Assembly (NCBI GenBank): GCA_028687435.1
Contig: JAQUAF010000023.1
Span: 576 to 64,575, forward strand
Length of the DNA stretch: 64,000 bases
Source: Verrucomicrobiia bacterium
GTDB lineage: Bacteria; Verrucomicrobiota; Verrucomicrobiia; JABWAM01
Direction: 5' to 3'
Both the position numbers and the translations under genes were made by a program. The notes under the pieces are model-generated. The model ran no database searches and was not told where the DNA came from. It was given only the letters and a program-made list of their open reading frames with translations. Below are positions 56,006 through 64,000 of this stretch, piece after piece. Within the stretch, counting starts at the first letter, position 1. Each line of letters opens with the position of its first letter.

Positions 56006-57781
56006 ATGAACACCTATCGCTCCCACCATTGCGCCGAACTGCGGAAAACCCATGTCGGCCAGAAAGTCACCCTCTCGGGCTGGGTCTCCTCCCGCCGCGA
56101 CCATGGCGGACTGGTCTTCGTGGATCTTCGCGACCGCGAGGGGCTCACCCAGATCGTTTTCGATCCGCAAGCCATTCCCCACTCCCACGATCTGCGCTCC
56201 GAGGACGTCCTGAAAATCGAGGGCGCTGTGGTGGCGCGTCCCGAAGGCACGGTCAACTCCAAGCTGCCCACCGGCGAAATCGAGGTGCAGGCCGCCAAAC
56301 TGGAAATCCTCAACCGCTCGGAAACACCCCCCTATCCCCTCGACCAGGAAGGGGTCAACGAAGACCTGCGGCTCCAATTCCGATACCTCGACATCCGGCG
56401 GCCGCGCATGTTGAACAACCTGCGCACCCGCCACCGGGCAACCAAGGTGGTGCGCGACTACTGCGATGAACAGGGATTTTTCGAGATCGAAACCCCCATG
56501 CTTTTCAAAAGCACCCCCGAAGGCGCCCGCGAATACCTGGTTCCCTCGCGCGTGAACCCCGGAATGTTCTTCGCCCTGCCCCAGTCTCCCCAGCAGTTCA
56601 AGCAAATCCTGATGGTGGCAGGCGTCGAAAAATACTTTCAAATGGCCCGTTGTTTCCGCGACGAAGACCTGCGCGCCGACCGTCAGCCCGAATTCACCCA
56701 GATCGACCTCGAAATGTCCTTCATCGGACGCGAGGATATTTACCGGCTGATCGAGGGCCTGCTCAAACGCATCTGGAAGGAAATCCTTGGGCTGGACATC
56801 AACACCCCCTTTGAACGGATGCCCTTCCGCCAGGCCATGGATCGCTTTGGCTCCGACAAACCGGACCGGCGCTTCGGCATGCAATTGGAGGATTTCACCG
56901 AAACCTTCCGCAACAGCAAATTCAACGTGTTCGCCAAGGCTGTGGCCGGCGGCGGCGTGGTCAAGGCCATGAACGCCAAGGGATTCGCCTGCGTCACGCA
57001 AGGGCAGATCGATTACCTGACCGAACAAGCCAAGGCCGCGGGCGCCAAGGGGCTCGCATGGATCAAGGTGGAAGGCGGCGCATGGAAATCGCCCATCGTC
57101 AAGTTCTTCGGCGACGCCGAGAAACAGGCCCTGACCGAAAAACTCAAGATCGAGGAAGGCGACCTGATCCTTTTCGCAGCCGACCAATGGCTGGCCGCCT
57201 GCGACGTTCTCGGCAAACTGCGCCTGATTGTCGCCCGGCAGTTGCAGGAACTGGGCAAACTGACCCTGCCCGGGGACGTTTACGACTTCCTGTGGGTGGT
57301 CGATTTCCCGTTGATCACCTTCGACCAGGAAACCCAGCGATTCATCGCCACCCATCACCCCTTCACCTCCCCCGTCACGGAGGACATCCCCCTTCTCAAG
57401 ACTGAACCCTCCAAGGTGCGCGGCCAGCATTACGACATCGTGCTCAACGGCGTCGAACTGGGCGGCGGCTCCATCCGCATTCACCAGCCCGAAGTGCAAC
57501 GCATGGTGTTCGAGGAAGTGCTGCAAATCCCCAAGGACATTTCCGCAAGCCGGTTCGGATATCTCGTCAAGGCCCTCTCCTACGGCGCCCCCCCCCATGG
57601 CGGCATTGCCCTCGGCTTCGACCGCCTCACCGCCATCCTTTGCGGTGCCGACAACATCCGCGAGGTCATCGCCTTCCCGAAAAACGCCCGCGCCCAGGAT
57701 CTCATGACCGGGGCGCCCGCCGAAGTCGAACCCCGCCAGTTGCGCGACCTCCATATCCAAACCATGCCCAAGCCGGCGTAA
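56006..57781 (+). CDS. aspS: Aspartate--tRNA ligase
   Basis: RSHHCAELRKTHVGQKVTLSGWV...RDHGGLVFVDLRDREG (OB-fold anticodon domain). Class II motifs FRDEDLRADRQPEFTQID, GGGSIRIH, ...APPHGGIALGFDRL. Confidence 0.92.
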   Translation: MNTYRSHHCAELRKTHVGQKVTLSGWVSSRRDHGGLVFVDLRDREGLTQIVFDPQAIPHSHDLRSEDVLKIEGAVVARPEGTVNSKLPTGEIEVQAAKLEILNRSETPPYPLDQEGVNEDLRLQFRYLDIRRPRMLNNLRTRHRATKVVRDYCDEQGFFEIETPMLFKSTPEGAREYLVPSRVNPGMFFALPQSPQQFKQILMVAGVEKYFQMARCFRDEDLRADRQPEFTQIDLEMSFIGREDIYRLIEGLLKRIWKEILGLDINTPFERMPFRQAMDRFGSDKPDRRFGMQLEDFTETFRNSKFNVFAKAVAGGGVVKAMNAKGFACVTQGQIDYLTEQAKAAGAKGLAWIKVEGGAWKSPIVKFFGDAEKQALTEKLKIEEGDLILFAADQWLAACDVLGKLRLIVARQLQELGKLTLPGDVYDFLWVVDFPLITFDQETQRFIATHHPFTSPVTEDIPLLKTEPSKVRGQHYDIVLNGVELGGGSIRIHQPEVQRMVFEEVLQIPKDISASRFGYLVKALSYGAPPHGGIALGFDRLTAILCGADNIREVIAFPKNARAQDLMTGAPAEVEPRQLRDLHIQTMPKPA

Positions 57782-57955
57782 ATCAAGCCACGCTCCCCAA
57801 CGCGGAAACCCGGAAAGGCGGTGCGGAAGCCCATGGGTTAAGGACGGCGCAAGTCCATCCTGTTGCCTTTTTAAAGTGGCAGAGCCGTCCCGGATCTTCC
57901 TCCCCTTGCCAAGGGGAGGAACAAAATGGCTCCCCCTTGTTCAAGGGGGAGTTAG

Positions 57956-58172
57956 CCCGACTTCGCCGATTCGTAGCACTTTTGCCGAATATTCGGGGTT
58001 TCTCTATTCGTAACTTATTGAAAATGAAGGATTCAGTATTTCGCAAGTGCTGTAGTGGACAAAACTCCCCAAAAACGCCCTGTAGTGAAGACTGTTCAAA
58101 ATCGCCTCCTTGATAATCAAAGGGTTATGAGAATAATAAATGTTTTTTGCTCGTGAATCGGCGAAGTCGGGT
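57956..58172. repeat. AT-rich ~217-bp segment bounded by a perfect 17-bp inverted repeat (cccgacttcgccgattc / gaatcggcgaagtcggg); possible third MITE family or structured RNA
   Basis: Seen directly. Internal palindrome gccgaatattcggg. Preceded by two tandem 10-bp-stem hairpins, tcctcccctt-gcc-aaggggagga and ctcccccttg-ttc-aagggggag, at about 57896..57950. Confidence 0.45.
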
Positions 58173-58314
58173 TAAAAACCGCTCTTCCCAACCATGACGA
58201 TCAAACCCAAAAACTGGGACGAGGAGACATGCGAGGATTGCGTCTGACATGTCGTCGGCAATTCAATTTTATTGAGTCTCTTTTTGAATGGCAAAGAGGC
58301 GGGCTGTTTTCCAT

Positions 58315-59193
58315 CTAAGGCTGCACGATGCGTTGTTGCAGCAAGCGGTATCGCCGGGGGCTGATGCCGAATTGTTTCCGGAACAGGCTGTAGAAATGAC
58401 CCACGTTGCGGAAACCGCACTCTAAAACGATGTTTAAAATTTTTTCCTGGCTTTGTCCGAGCAGGATGGCGGCATGATTCATGCGCGCTTCATTGGCAAG
58501 GCCGGTTGGGGTTTTTCCGAGAAGGCGTTTGAGTTCCCTCGCGACGTGTTCCGCGCTGCGTCCCGCCAGATGAACAAAAGCCTGCGATCCTTTTCGGAAA
58601 TGTTGGGGCTGCGAAATTTCACGGCAGGCTTTTTTCAGCCAGTCCGGCAGGGAAGAAGATTCATTTCCAACGGAGGAGGCGCTTTCCAAGAGGTAAAAAA
58701 AATTGAGCAGGAATCGGTCGAGACACGCAAAGGTTCCTCTTCCGGCTGCCATTTCATAAACGTTTTTTTTCAATTCTTCCAGTTGGGTGGGGGAAAGGTG
58801 ATATTGGTGGACGGAAGGTGAGTTCTCAAAAGGGACGGTTCGGGAAGCAAGGTAGCGGATGCGGAAGGTCTCCCATGTCTTTGGCGAGAACGAAATATTT
58901 ACAAGGTGGAATTTTTCCTCCGGATCAACGTCAAAGGTATGGACATCTGCGGGCTTGATGAAGAAGCAGGAACCCGTCTGAAGACGGAACTTTTCCCCGT
59001 TGATCAGATGCCAACCATCGCCATCCTCAATCCAGAAGATTTCATGGTAATCATGCGAATGTGGAAAATTGCGGTTCTTGGGACGTGATGCGTTGATTTC
59101 GATTCTGGCAAAATGGCATGCCATGGTCCGGGGAATAAACTCCCGCAGGAAAAGTTTTACAGATGAATTCATCAAGGTTGGAAAAACTCGCAA
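58315..59193 (-). CDS. AraC/XylS-family transcriptional regulator (cupin sensor + HTH)
   Basis: C-terminal AraC HTH ...KILNIVLECGFRNVGHFYSLFRKQFGISPRRYR. N-terminal cupin-like beta-region. Divergent from the pilin-like/giant-protein gene pair. Confidence 0.8.
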   Translation of the reverse strand: MRVFPTLMNSSVKLFLREFIPRTMACHFARIEINASRPKNRNFPHSHDYHEIFWIEDGDGWHLINGEKFRLQTGSCFFIKPADVHTFDVDPEEKFHLVNISFSPKTWETFRIRYLASRTVPFENSPSVHQYHLSPTQLEELKKNVYEMAAGRGTFACLDRFLLNFFYLLESASSVGNESSSLPDWLKKACREISQPQHFRKGSQAFVHLAGRSAEHVARELKRLLGKTPTGLANEARMNHAAILLGQSQEKILNIVLECGFRNVGHFYSLFRKQFGISPRRYRLLQQRIVQP

Positions 59194-59471
59194 AGTTTCT
59201 GCATTTCAGGTGGCAGCATGGGGTTATGTCAAACATCAAAATAGCATAAAAAAATGTCAAATCAACGGAAGATTTTATGAGAAAGTCGTGTTATGGTGAT
59301 ATTAAAATGGCGTAAAACAAACCTTTCAAGGGTAAACGGGCATTGCAGTTTTTTTTGGATGATCAAGAACCCGCTCATTGGATCCGCAAGGTTTGTCTTC
59401 GATGTGAGGAGGGCTTTTTGAAAATGAAACGAATGCTTTCTTGACATTTATTTATTGGTGAAAATGATTGA

Positions 59472-60074
59472 ATGATGAGAACTGAAAAAAACAAGCTGGC
59501 GGGGAATGGGTTTTCGCTTTTGGAATTACTTATTGTTGTCAGCATCATGTCAATGCTTGTCGCGTTGCTTTCGCCTGCGCTTAAAACGGCAAGGGAACAG
59601 GCGAAGGGGATCCAATGCGTGGGAAATTTGAGGCAGATTGGAATGGCGATCAATGAATACCTTCATGATTATGACGGGATGTGGACGGCTTCCCTGTTTG
59701 CCGAAACCGAACCTTCCTGTTATTGGGATCGGATGCTGATTGGAAAAGGATATGTTAAAAACTGTCTTCATGGTGGATTTTATTGGTACAGGGAGACAGT
59801 CATGTGGTGTCCGTCCTTCAAGACCAATTATAAAGATGTGCCCGCATATGGCTTGAACGTATATCTGTTTTGGAATAAATGGCAAAAGGTTGATTCGATT
59901 GCCGATCCGGCAGGCACTTTGTTGCTTGCGGATTGCAATGGAAACAGAACGACGGGGGCATGGAGCAATCCCATGCTTGTTTATCGGCACAATGGGCTGG
60001 CAAACGTGCTGTTTGTGGATGGGCATCTTGAGCCAAGAAACATGGCCGACCTGAAGGCAACCTTGGTGAAATAG
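59472..60074 (+). CDS. Prepilin-type N-terminal cleavage/methylation protein with H-X9-DG tail (DUF1559-like)
   Basis: GFSLLELLIVVSIMSMLVALLSPALKTAREQAKGIQCVGNLRQIGMA; C-terminal RHNGLANVLFVDGH (exact H-X9-DG). Confidence 0.85.
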   Translation: MMRTEKNKLAGNGFSLLELLIVVSIMSMLVALLSPALKTAREQAKGIQCVGNLRQIGMAINEYLHDYDGMWTASLFAETEPSCYWDRMLIGKGYVKNCLHGGFYWYRETVMWCPSFKTNYKDVPAYGLNVYLFWNKWQKVDSIADPAGTLLLADCNGNRTTGAWSNPMLVYRHNGLANVLFVDGHLEPRNMADLKATLVK

Positions 60075-60078
60075 GCTT

Positions 60079-63000
60079 ATGAAAAACAGATGGATGTCAA
60101 TATGGTTGGGAATACTCAAGATGGGGATGTTTCTTGCGGTTTTGAGCTCCAATGCGACAACTGTTGATATGGAAAAAGATCTGATGGCAAACTGGGATTT
60201 TCCGGATGAAAAGGGGCGTGTCTTGATTGACAGGACCGGGCATGGCGTCAATGGCCAGCTTGAATCCCCTGAATGGGTGAGTGTCGGCAGGTTGCATATG
60301 CTCCGGTTCAGGCAGGATGGTCCAGCTTCTGTATGCGTGCCTCATTTCGCCAAGCCGGGCATGTCTGGCTCTTTTACGATGATCGCATGGTTTTCGCTTC
60401 CCCAACCGGCGCGCGGGGGGTGGCAGCATATTTTATATAAAAAGGATGATTTTGCGTTGAGAGAGCTTGATGGAAAGATGACTTTTGCTAATTGGAACAA
60501 AGAAAATGGGAAACATAATTATTTTTATTTCTCCCATGGAATTTTTGGGGATAACCGTCTGCATCAAGTGGCGATTGTTTATGACAAGGTTCGGGGCTGC
60601 CTGGAAATGTATCTGGATGGAGTGATCAAAAAAAAGCATTCCAAGATTGGGTTGGAGTTGAAGAACAATGATTCGCCATTGCAAATCGGGTGGAGCGATG
60701 GTTTTTCCGCAAGCATGTTTTTTGCGGGGTGCAGGTTTTATGACGTTGCCTTATCAGAAAAGGACATTGTGGATGACTGCAAGGCGCGCAAAGAGTTTTG
60801 TGATGTTTTTGCTGAAAAACTAAAAAATGAAAAACGGATTGTAGTGCTGAATCCCGCCCAAAAAACGGATTCTCCATTCTGGAACATGTTGCCAGGATGC
60901 GTCGAGACAAATGCTCCGGGCGAGTTCTCTGGACAAAATACAAGATTGAAGTATGTCGAGAGCGGGAAGGATGCGAAGGGGAATGTTTTTTTGAGGAGCA
61001 AGACGCTTGTGGGTAAGAGAGTGTATCAATTGGATTTCGATTACCTTTTTTCCCCTGCAAATCCCGATTCGGTTTTTCAACTTCGGTTTGAAATAACACC
61101 GCCATACAAAAACGCCGCGGAATATTATCGGAAGGTGCCAGATGAGGCAAGCAGTGTCGCCGACATGGATCTGGCCCGTCAATTCAAGATGCTGGGAGGG
61201 CAATTTTCAGTTTCCACCCTCCCTCCCGGGAAACCGGGAGAAGTGATGCACAAGTGCATTCAGTTTGAGATTGATCATGCCTCGAAACGCCAGATGGCCT
61301 TTGCATTGAGGGGGAAGTCCACTGTCATTTTGGACAATGTGACTTTGACGGAAATTCTTCCTGTTGCGTTGCCACTGGATGCGCCAATGCCGCAATGCCC
61401 GATTGATGGAAGTGAGATTTCGGATTTTGCCCTGGATTTTGTGTGGAAAAATTCAGGGGATGCGATCAAATATGAGATTGAGATTGCCCGAACAACCAAT
61501 TTTTTAGGCGCAAAAAAATACGGAGTGGACGACAACGGCGTAAGTGAAGGTTATTTTCGGCCATCCGATAATTTTTCATCCGGCGAATGGCATTGGAGGG
61601 TCAGGGGGATCAACGAATATGGGCAGGTGAGCGATTGGTCGGATGTCAAGAGGTATCGATTGTGCGGTTCCAACAAGATTATTCCTCCCAGCCCGGTCAT
61701 TTCTGAAAATTCACCTTTGTTTGTATTGAACTGGCGCCTTAGAGCTCCGATAGGCAATCTTAAAAAGATTTGGGAAAGTATTCCTGCCGATTTGAGACAA
61801 TTCTGTTGTTTGTATGTGCTGTTTGACAGGGATTACAGAGAGTATTCCACCTTCGCCAAACACGCGAATGAGTTTGGCATACCGTTTTTCACCCTTGACC
61901 GTTTGATGTTCAAATATGACTTTGGAAACGCCTTGGCGTTGACGCCGCTTTCCTTGAAGGAACTGTCCTATCAAAGAGATGCCGGTCTTTTGGGCAGCGT
62001 GACGGTGGAACAATCCGTATGCAATCCGGAAGTGATTGACTATAATGTGAGATTGATCAAGCTTGCCGCGAAATATGGCCGGCGCGCCGTTCACATTGAT
62101 TTTGGCCCCCATGTTGCCTTGCGATTGGGCGATGAGTGGGAACAGGCCCAGGCATGTTACAGCCGTCATGCAGTTCCTGTTTTAAAAGGTGTGTTTTATT
62201 CCTGCGACGGGCACAGCAGCGGTTTTGGATGGTGGTTGACCCACAAGGATGCTGTGTGGGGAATTCAGCCCGAGGCATGGTATTTTCACCAGTCGGGGTA
62301 CGAAAAGTTGAATGTGCCTCCCCTTCGCCACATTGGTGACATAGGCCGTTGGAACCGGGAAAACAATTCCCGGGCGTTTGATGTACTGCATTCATTTCCC
62401 GCGACCTTTTGGGGGATTTTCATGGTTACCGGGATGATTTCGGGTGGGACGGTCTATCCATTTGAATTGAATCATGATCCGGAAAAATATGGCGGTGATA
62501 CCAATGGGTTCTGGCATCTGGACGGCACGCCCACAAAGACCTGGACTCATGTGGTGCGACCTTTGTTGGAAGACATGGTAAAATACAAGCTTGTGCCAAG
62601 TCGGGAGGAGATCGAACGGAAGGTGAAGTGTGCCTATGTGATTGACAAGGGGGATGTGCCGATGATGGACAAGACGATTGGAAGCGTCACCACCGAATCG
62701 GGGCCTTTGCAGGCATTCATGGATGTGGTTTACGGGAAACATTACTGGTGTGATGTGATACCAAAGACCAGCCGTTATTATTATGTGCCAATTGTTTTTG
62801 AGGGGGATGCCCAGGGATTGCCCCGGGAAATCTGCCGAATGTCTGCCCGTGACTTGAAAAGCGGCGAGGATATCAAGGGGGTTCTTGACCGGCATTATCC
62901 GCCTGCAACCACAGGAAGCGCGTTTGTGGCGCAGGTTGGCGCCGTGACGGCGGTGATAAACAGCAATGAAAATTCCGATATTTATGAGGATTACGGTTTC

Positions 63001-63288
63001 AGGGTGGATGCATCCTGCGTCAAGAAAATCACGGGGATTGTCGGTGTGCACCAATATCTTGTGGCAAAGACGCTTGACGACAAGAGCGTGTTTGTTCATC
63101 TGAACAACAGGGCGGAGAGGAACAGTACCATTGAATTTGAATGCAGCGCGAAACCTGCGCTCAAGGTTGTTCCCGAAACCGCCCTTGTCGATTCAAGGTG
63201 GGATGAGGTGGGGAAGGTTAAGACGGTTGTCGTAAATCACAAGGATGGGGCGGTGAGGTTGTTTTTAAATGACGGGATTTCGCGATGA
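60079..63288 (+). CDS. Giant secreted hypothetical protein (1069 aa) with N-terminal LamG/concanavalin-like lectin domain; probably glycan-active
   Basis: Signal peptide. LamG-like jellyroll pattern (...HQVAIVYDKVRGCLEMYLDGVIKKKHS...LQIGW...). No named catalytic motif recognised. Starts 4 nt after the pilin-like gene. Confidence 0.5.
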   Translation: MKNRWMSIWLGILKMGMFLAVLSSNATTVDMEKDLMANWDFPDEKGRVLIDRTGHGVNGQLESPEWVSVGRLHMLRFRQDGPASVCVPHFAKPGMSGSFTMIAWFSLPQPARGGWQHILYKKDDFALRELDGKMTFANWNKENGKHNYFYFSHGIFGDNRLHQVAIVYDKVRGCLEMYLDGVIKKKHSKIGLELKNNDSPLQIGWSDGFSASMFFAGCRFYDVALSEKDIVDDCKARKEFCDVFAEKLKNEKRIVVLNPAQKTDSPFWNMLPGCVETNAPGEFSGQNTRLKYVESGKDAKGNVFLRSKTLVGKRVYQLDFDYLFSPANPDSVFQLRFEITPPYKNAAEYYRKVPDEASSVADMDLARQFKMLGGQFSVSTLPPGKPGEVMHKCIQFEIDHASKRQMAFALRGKSTVILDNVTLTEILPVALPLDAPMPQCPIDGSEISDFALDFVWKNSGDAIKYEIEIARTTNFLGAKKYGVDDNGVSEGYFRPSDNFSSGEWHWRVRGINEYGQVSDWSDVKRYRLCGSNKIIPPSPVISENSPLFVLNWRLRAPIGNLKKIWESIPADLRQFCCLYVLFDRDYREYSTFAKHANEFGIPFFTLDRLMFKYDFGNALALTPLSLKELSYQRDAGLLGSVTVEQSVCNPEVIDYNVRLIKLAAKYGRRAVHIDFGPHVALRLGDEWEQAQACYSRHAVPVLKGVFYSCDGHSSGFGWWLTHKDAVWGIQPEAWYFHQSGYEKLNVPPLRHIGDIGRWNRENNSRAFDVLHSFPATFWGIFMVTGMISGGTVYPFELNHDPEKYGGDTNGFWHLDGTPTKTWTHVVRPLLEDMVKYKLVPSREEIERKVKCAYVIDKGDVPMMDKTIGSVTTESGPLQAFMDVVYGKHYWCDVIPKTSRYYYVPIVFEGDAQGLPREICRMSARDLKSGEDIKGVLDRHYPPATTGSAFVAQVGAVTAVINSNENSDIYEDYGFRVDASCVKKITGIVGVHQYLVAKTLDDKSVFVHLNNRAERNSTIEFECSAKPALKVVPETALVDSRWDEVGKVKTVVVNHKDGAVRLFLNDGISR

Positions 63289-63570
63289 TTATTTGCGGTA
63301 TATAGCAAGTCGTCTGAGTGGCCCATTACAGGGCGGACGTCGGCGGGCGTCAATGAATGCCGGCACGCGTTATGCAAAACGTTATGCGCAGGATGCGCCG
63401 AGGGTTCGCCGAATTTCACGGAAGAGATTTGTTCGAGAGATCAATCAGGTTGAATGGCAACGGAGTTGATTGTGCCATCGGGAGAAAATCGAATTCTAAG
63501 CCACCACTCGACGGCGTCCGTCTTTTTATCACCGACAAGTGTCTGGGCTTGGTCGAGAGTCTCGCCGATT

Positions 63571-63723
63571 TTTATCCTGCCGCGAAGTGGCCCATGGCGC
63601 ACTTGATCAATTCGACAAAATTCTTCAATCCCCATTTTCTCATGGCACTCTTGCGATGGGCATTGACGGTCTTGATGCTGACATTCAAAGCGGCCGCCAC
63701 GGCTTTTGTGTCGCCTTTTTCCA
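63571..63723 (-). pseudogene. 50-codon LuxR-type HTH remnant abutting a MITE (probable 3' fragment of a disrupted LuxR-family regulator)
   Basis: MEKGDTKAVAAALNVSIKTVNAHRKSAMRKWGLKNFVELIK is a GerE/LuxR helix-turn-helix. An in-frame TAG lies 6 codons upstream, inside the MITE TIR that starts at 63727. Confidence 0.4.
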
Positions 63724-63726
63724 TAT

Positions 63727-64000
63727 AGAGGCTCTTGCAAAACTACGATACTTGGCGTTGCAGCGGATATTTTTCGCTGGCAAGGCGTGGAGCTTGGCCA
63801 ATCCCTGCCAACGGGCTTGCCAAGCGACACAACGCCGCCAGCGAAAAATAGACGCGCAACCCCTTGGGCGACAATCCCTTTGGCCAACTCCGGCGTTGAC
63901 TCGGCAGTCAAAGCCCGCCTTGGGGATTCTCCTGCCGCGTCGCCTTGGATTTGGCCAAAGGGATTTATCGCGCCAAGCATCGTAGTTTTGCAAGAGCCTC
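63727..64000. mobile_element. MITE-like palindromic element, family 2 (~274 bp, runs to the window edge)
   Basis: ~30-bp TIRs gaggctcttgcaaaactacgatacttggcg ... cgccaagcatcgtagttttgcaagagcctc. Internal similarity to the element at 19921..20186. Confidence 0.65.

Noticed and set aside
1-64000. tRNA, rRNA, prophage, integrase/transposase or canonical defence-system genes (RM, CBASS, retron, Cas, abortive-infection)
   Set aside because: Intergenic regions were scanned by eye for cloverleaf-like tRNA patterns and for hallmark protein motifs. None was found. Every large ORF is accounted for by metabolic, signalling, envelope or glycan-utilisation functions. hipBA is the only toxin-like module.

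Overview
High-GC (~58-60% by eye) bacterial chromosomal window. Two proteins with a prepilin-type N-terminal cleavage motif (GFTLIELLVV / GFSLLELLIV) and an H-X9-DG tail (DUF1559-like) point to the PVC superphylum (Verrucomicrobiota, Kiritimatiellota or Lentisphaerota); no rRNA or tRNA is present to confirm. I call about 50 genes. Housekeeping: corA, purF-purM, mtnA, hisS, aspS, kbl, prmC, soj/parA, lspA, an HU/IHF protein, and a MacA/MacB-like efflux pair. Signalling: several two-component systems and a CheW-MCP pair embedded in a NarL-type two-component operon with no CheA. A lower-GC glycan-utilisation island (~11.0-17.8 kb) encodes giant secreted proteins with discoidin-like N-domains and a GH36-like alpha-galactosidase; a normal-GC GH42-like beta-galactosidase gene (17842..20205) sits at its edge. 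A lower-GC hipBA toxin-antitoxin islet lies at 24.0-25.6 kb. There are polysaccharide/glycosylation genes (GT2, GT4, GT39, and a TPP-dependent E1 alpha/beta pair translationally coupled to GT4), two outer-membrane beta-barrels, and a secreted EF-hand protein. The least explained feature is at least two families of palindromic MITE-like elements with long terminal inverted repeats: family 1 at 7181-7487, 49237-49419 and 55603-55931 plus fragments, and family 2 at 19921-20186 and 63727-64000. They sit at gene ends and appear to have rewritten the 3' ends of hisS and the GH42 gene, and to have left a 50-aa LuxR-type HTH remnant. A possible third family lies at 57956-58172. No CRISPR array, no canonical defence island, and no tRNA or rRNA gene was recognisable by eye.
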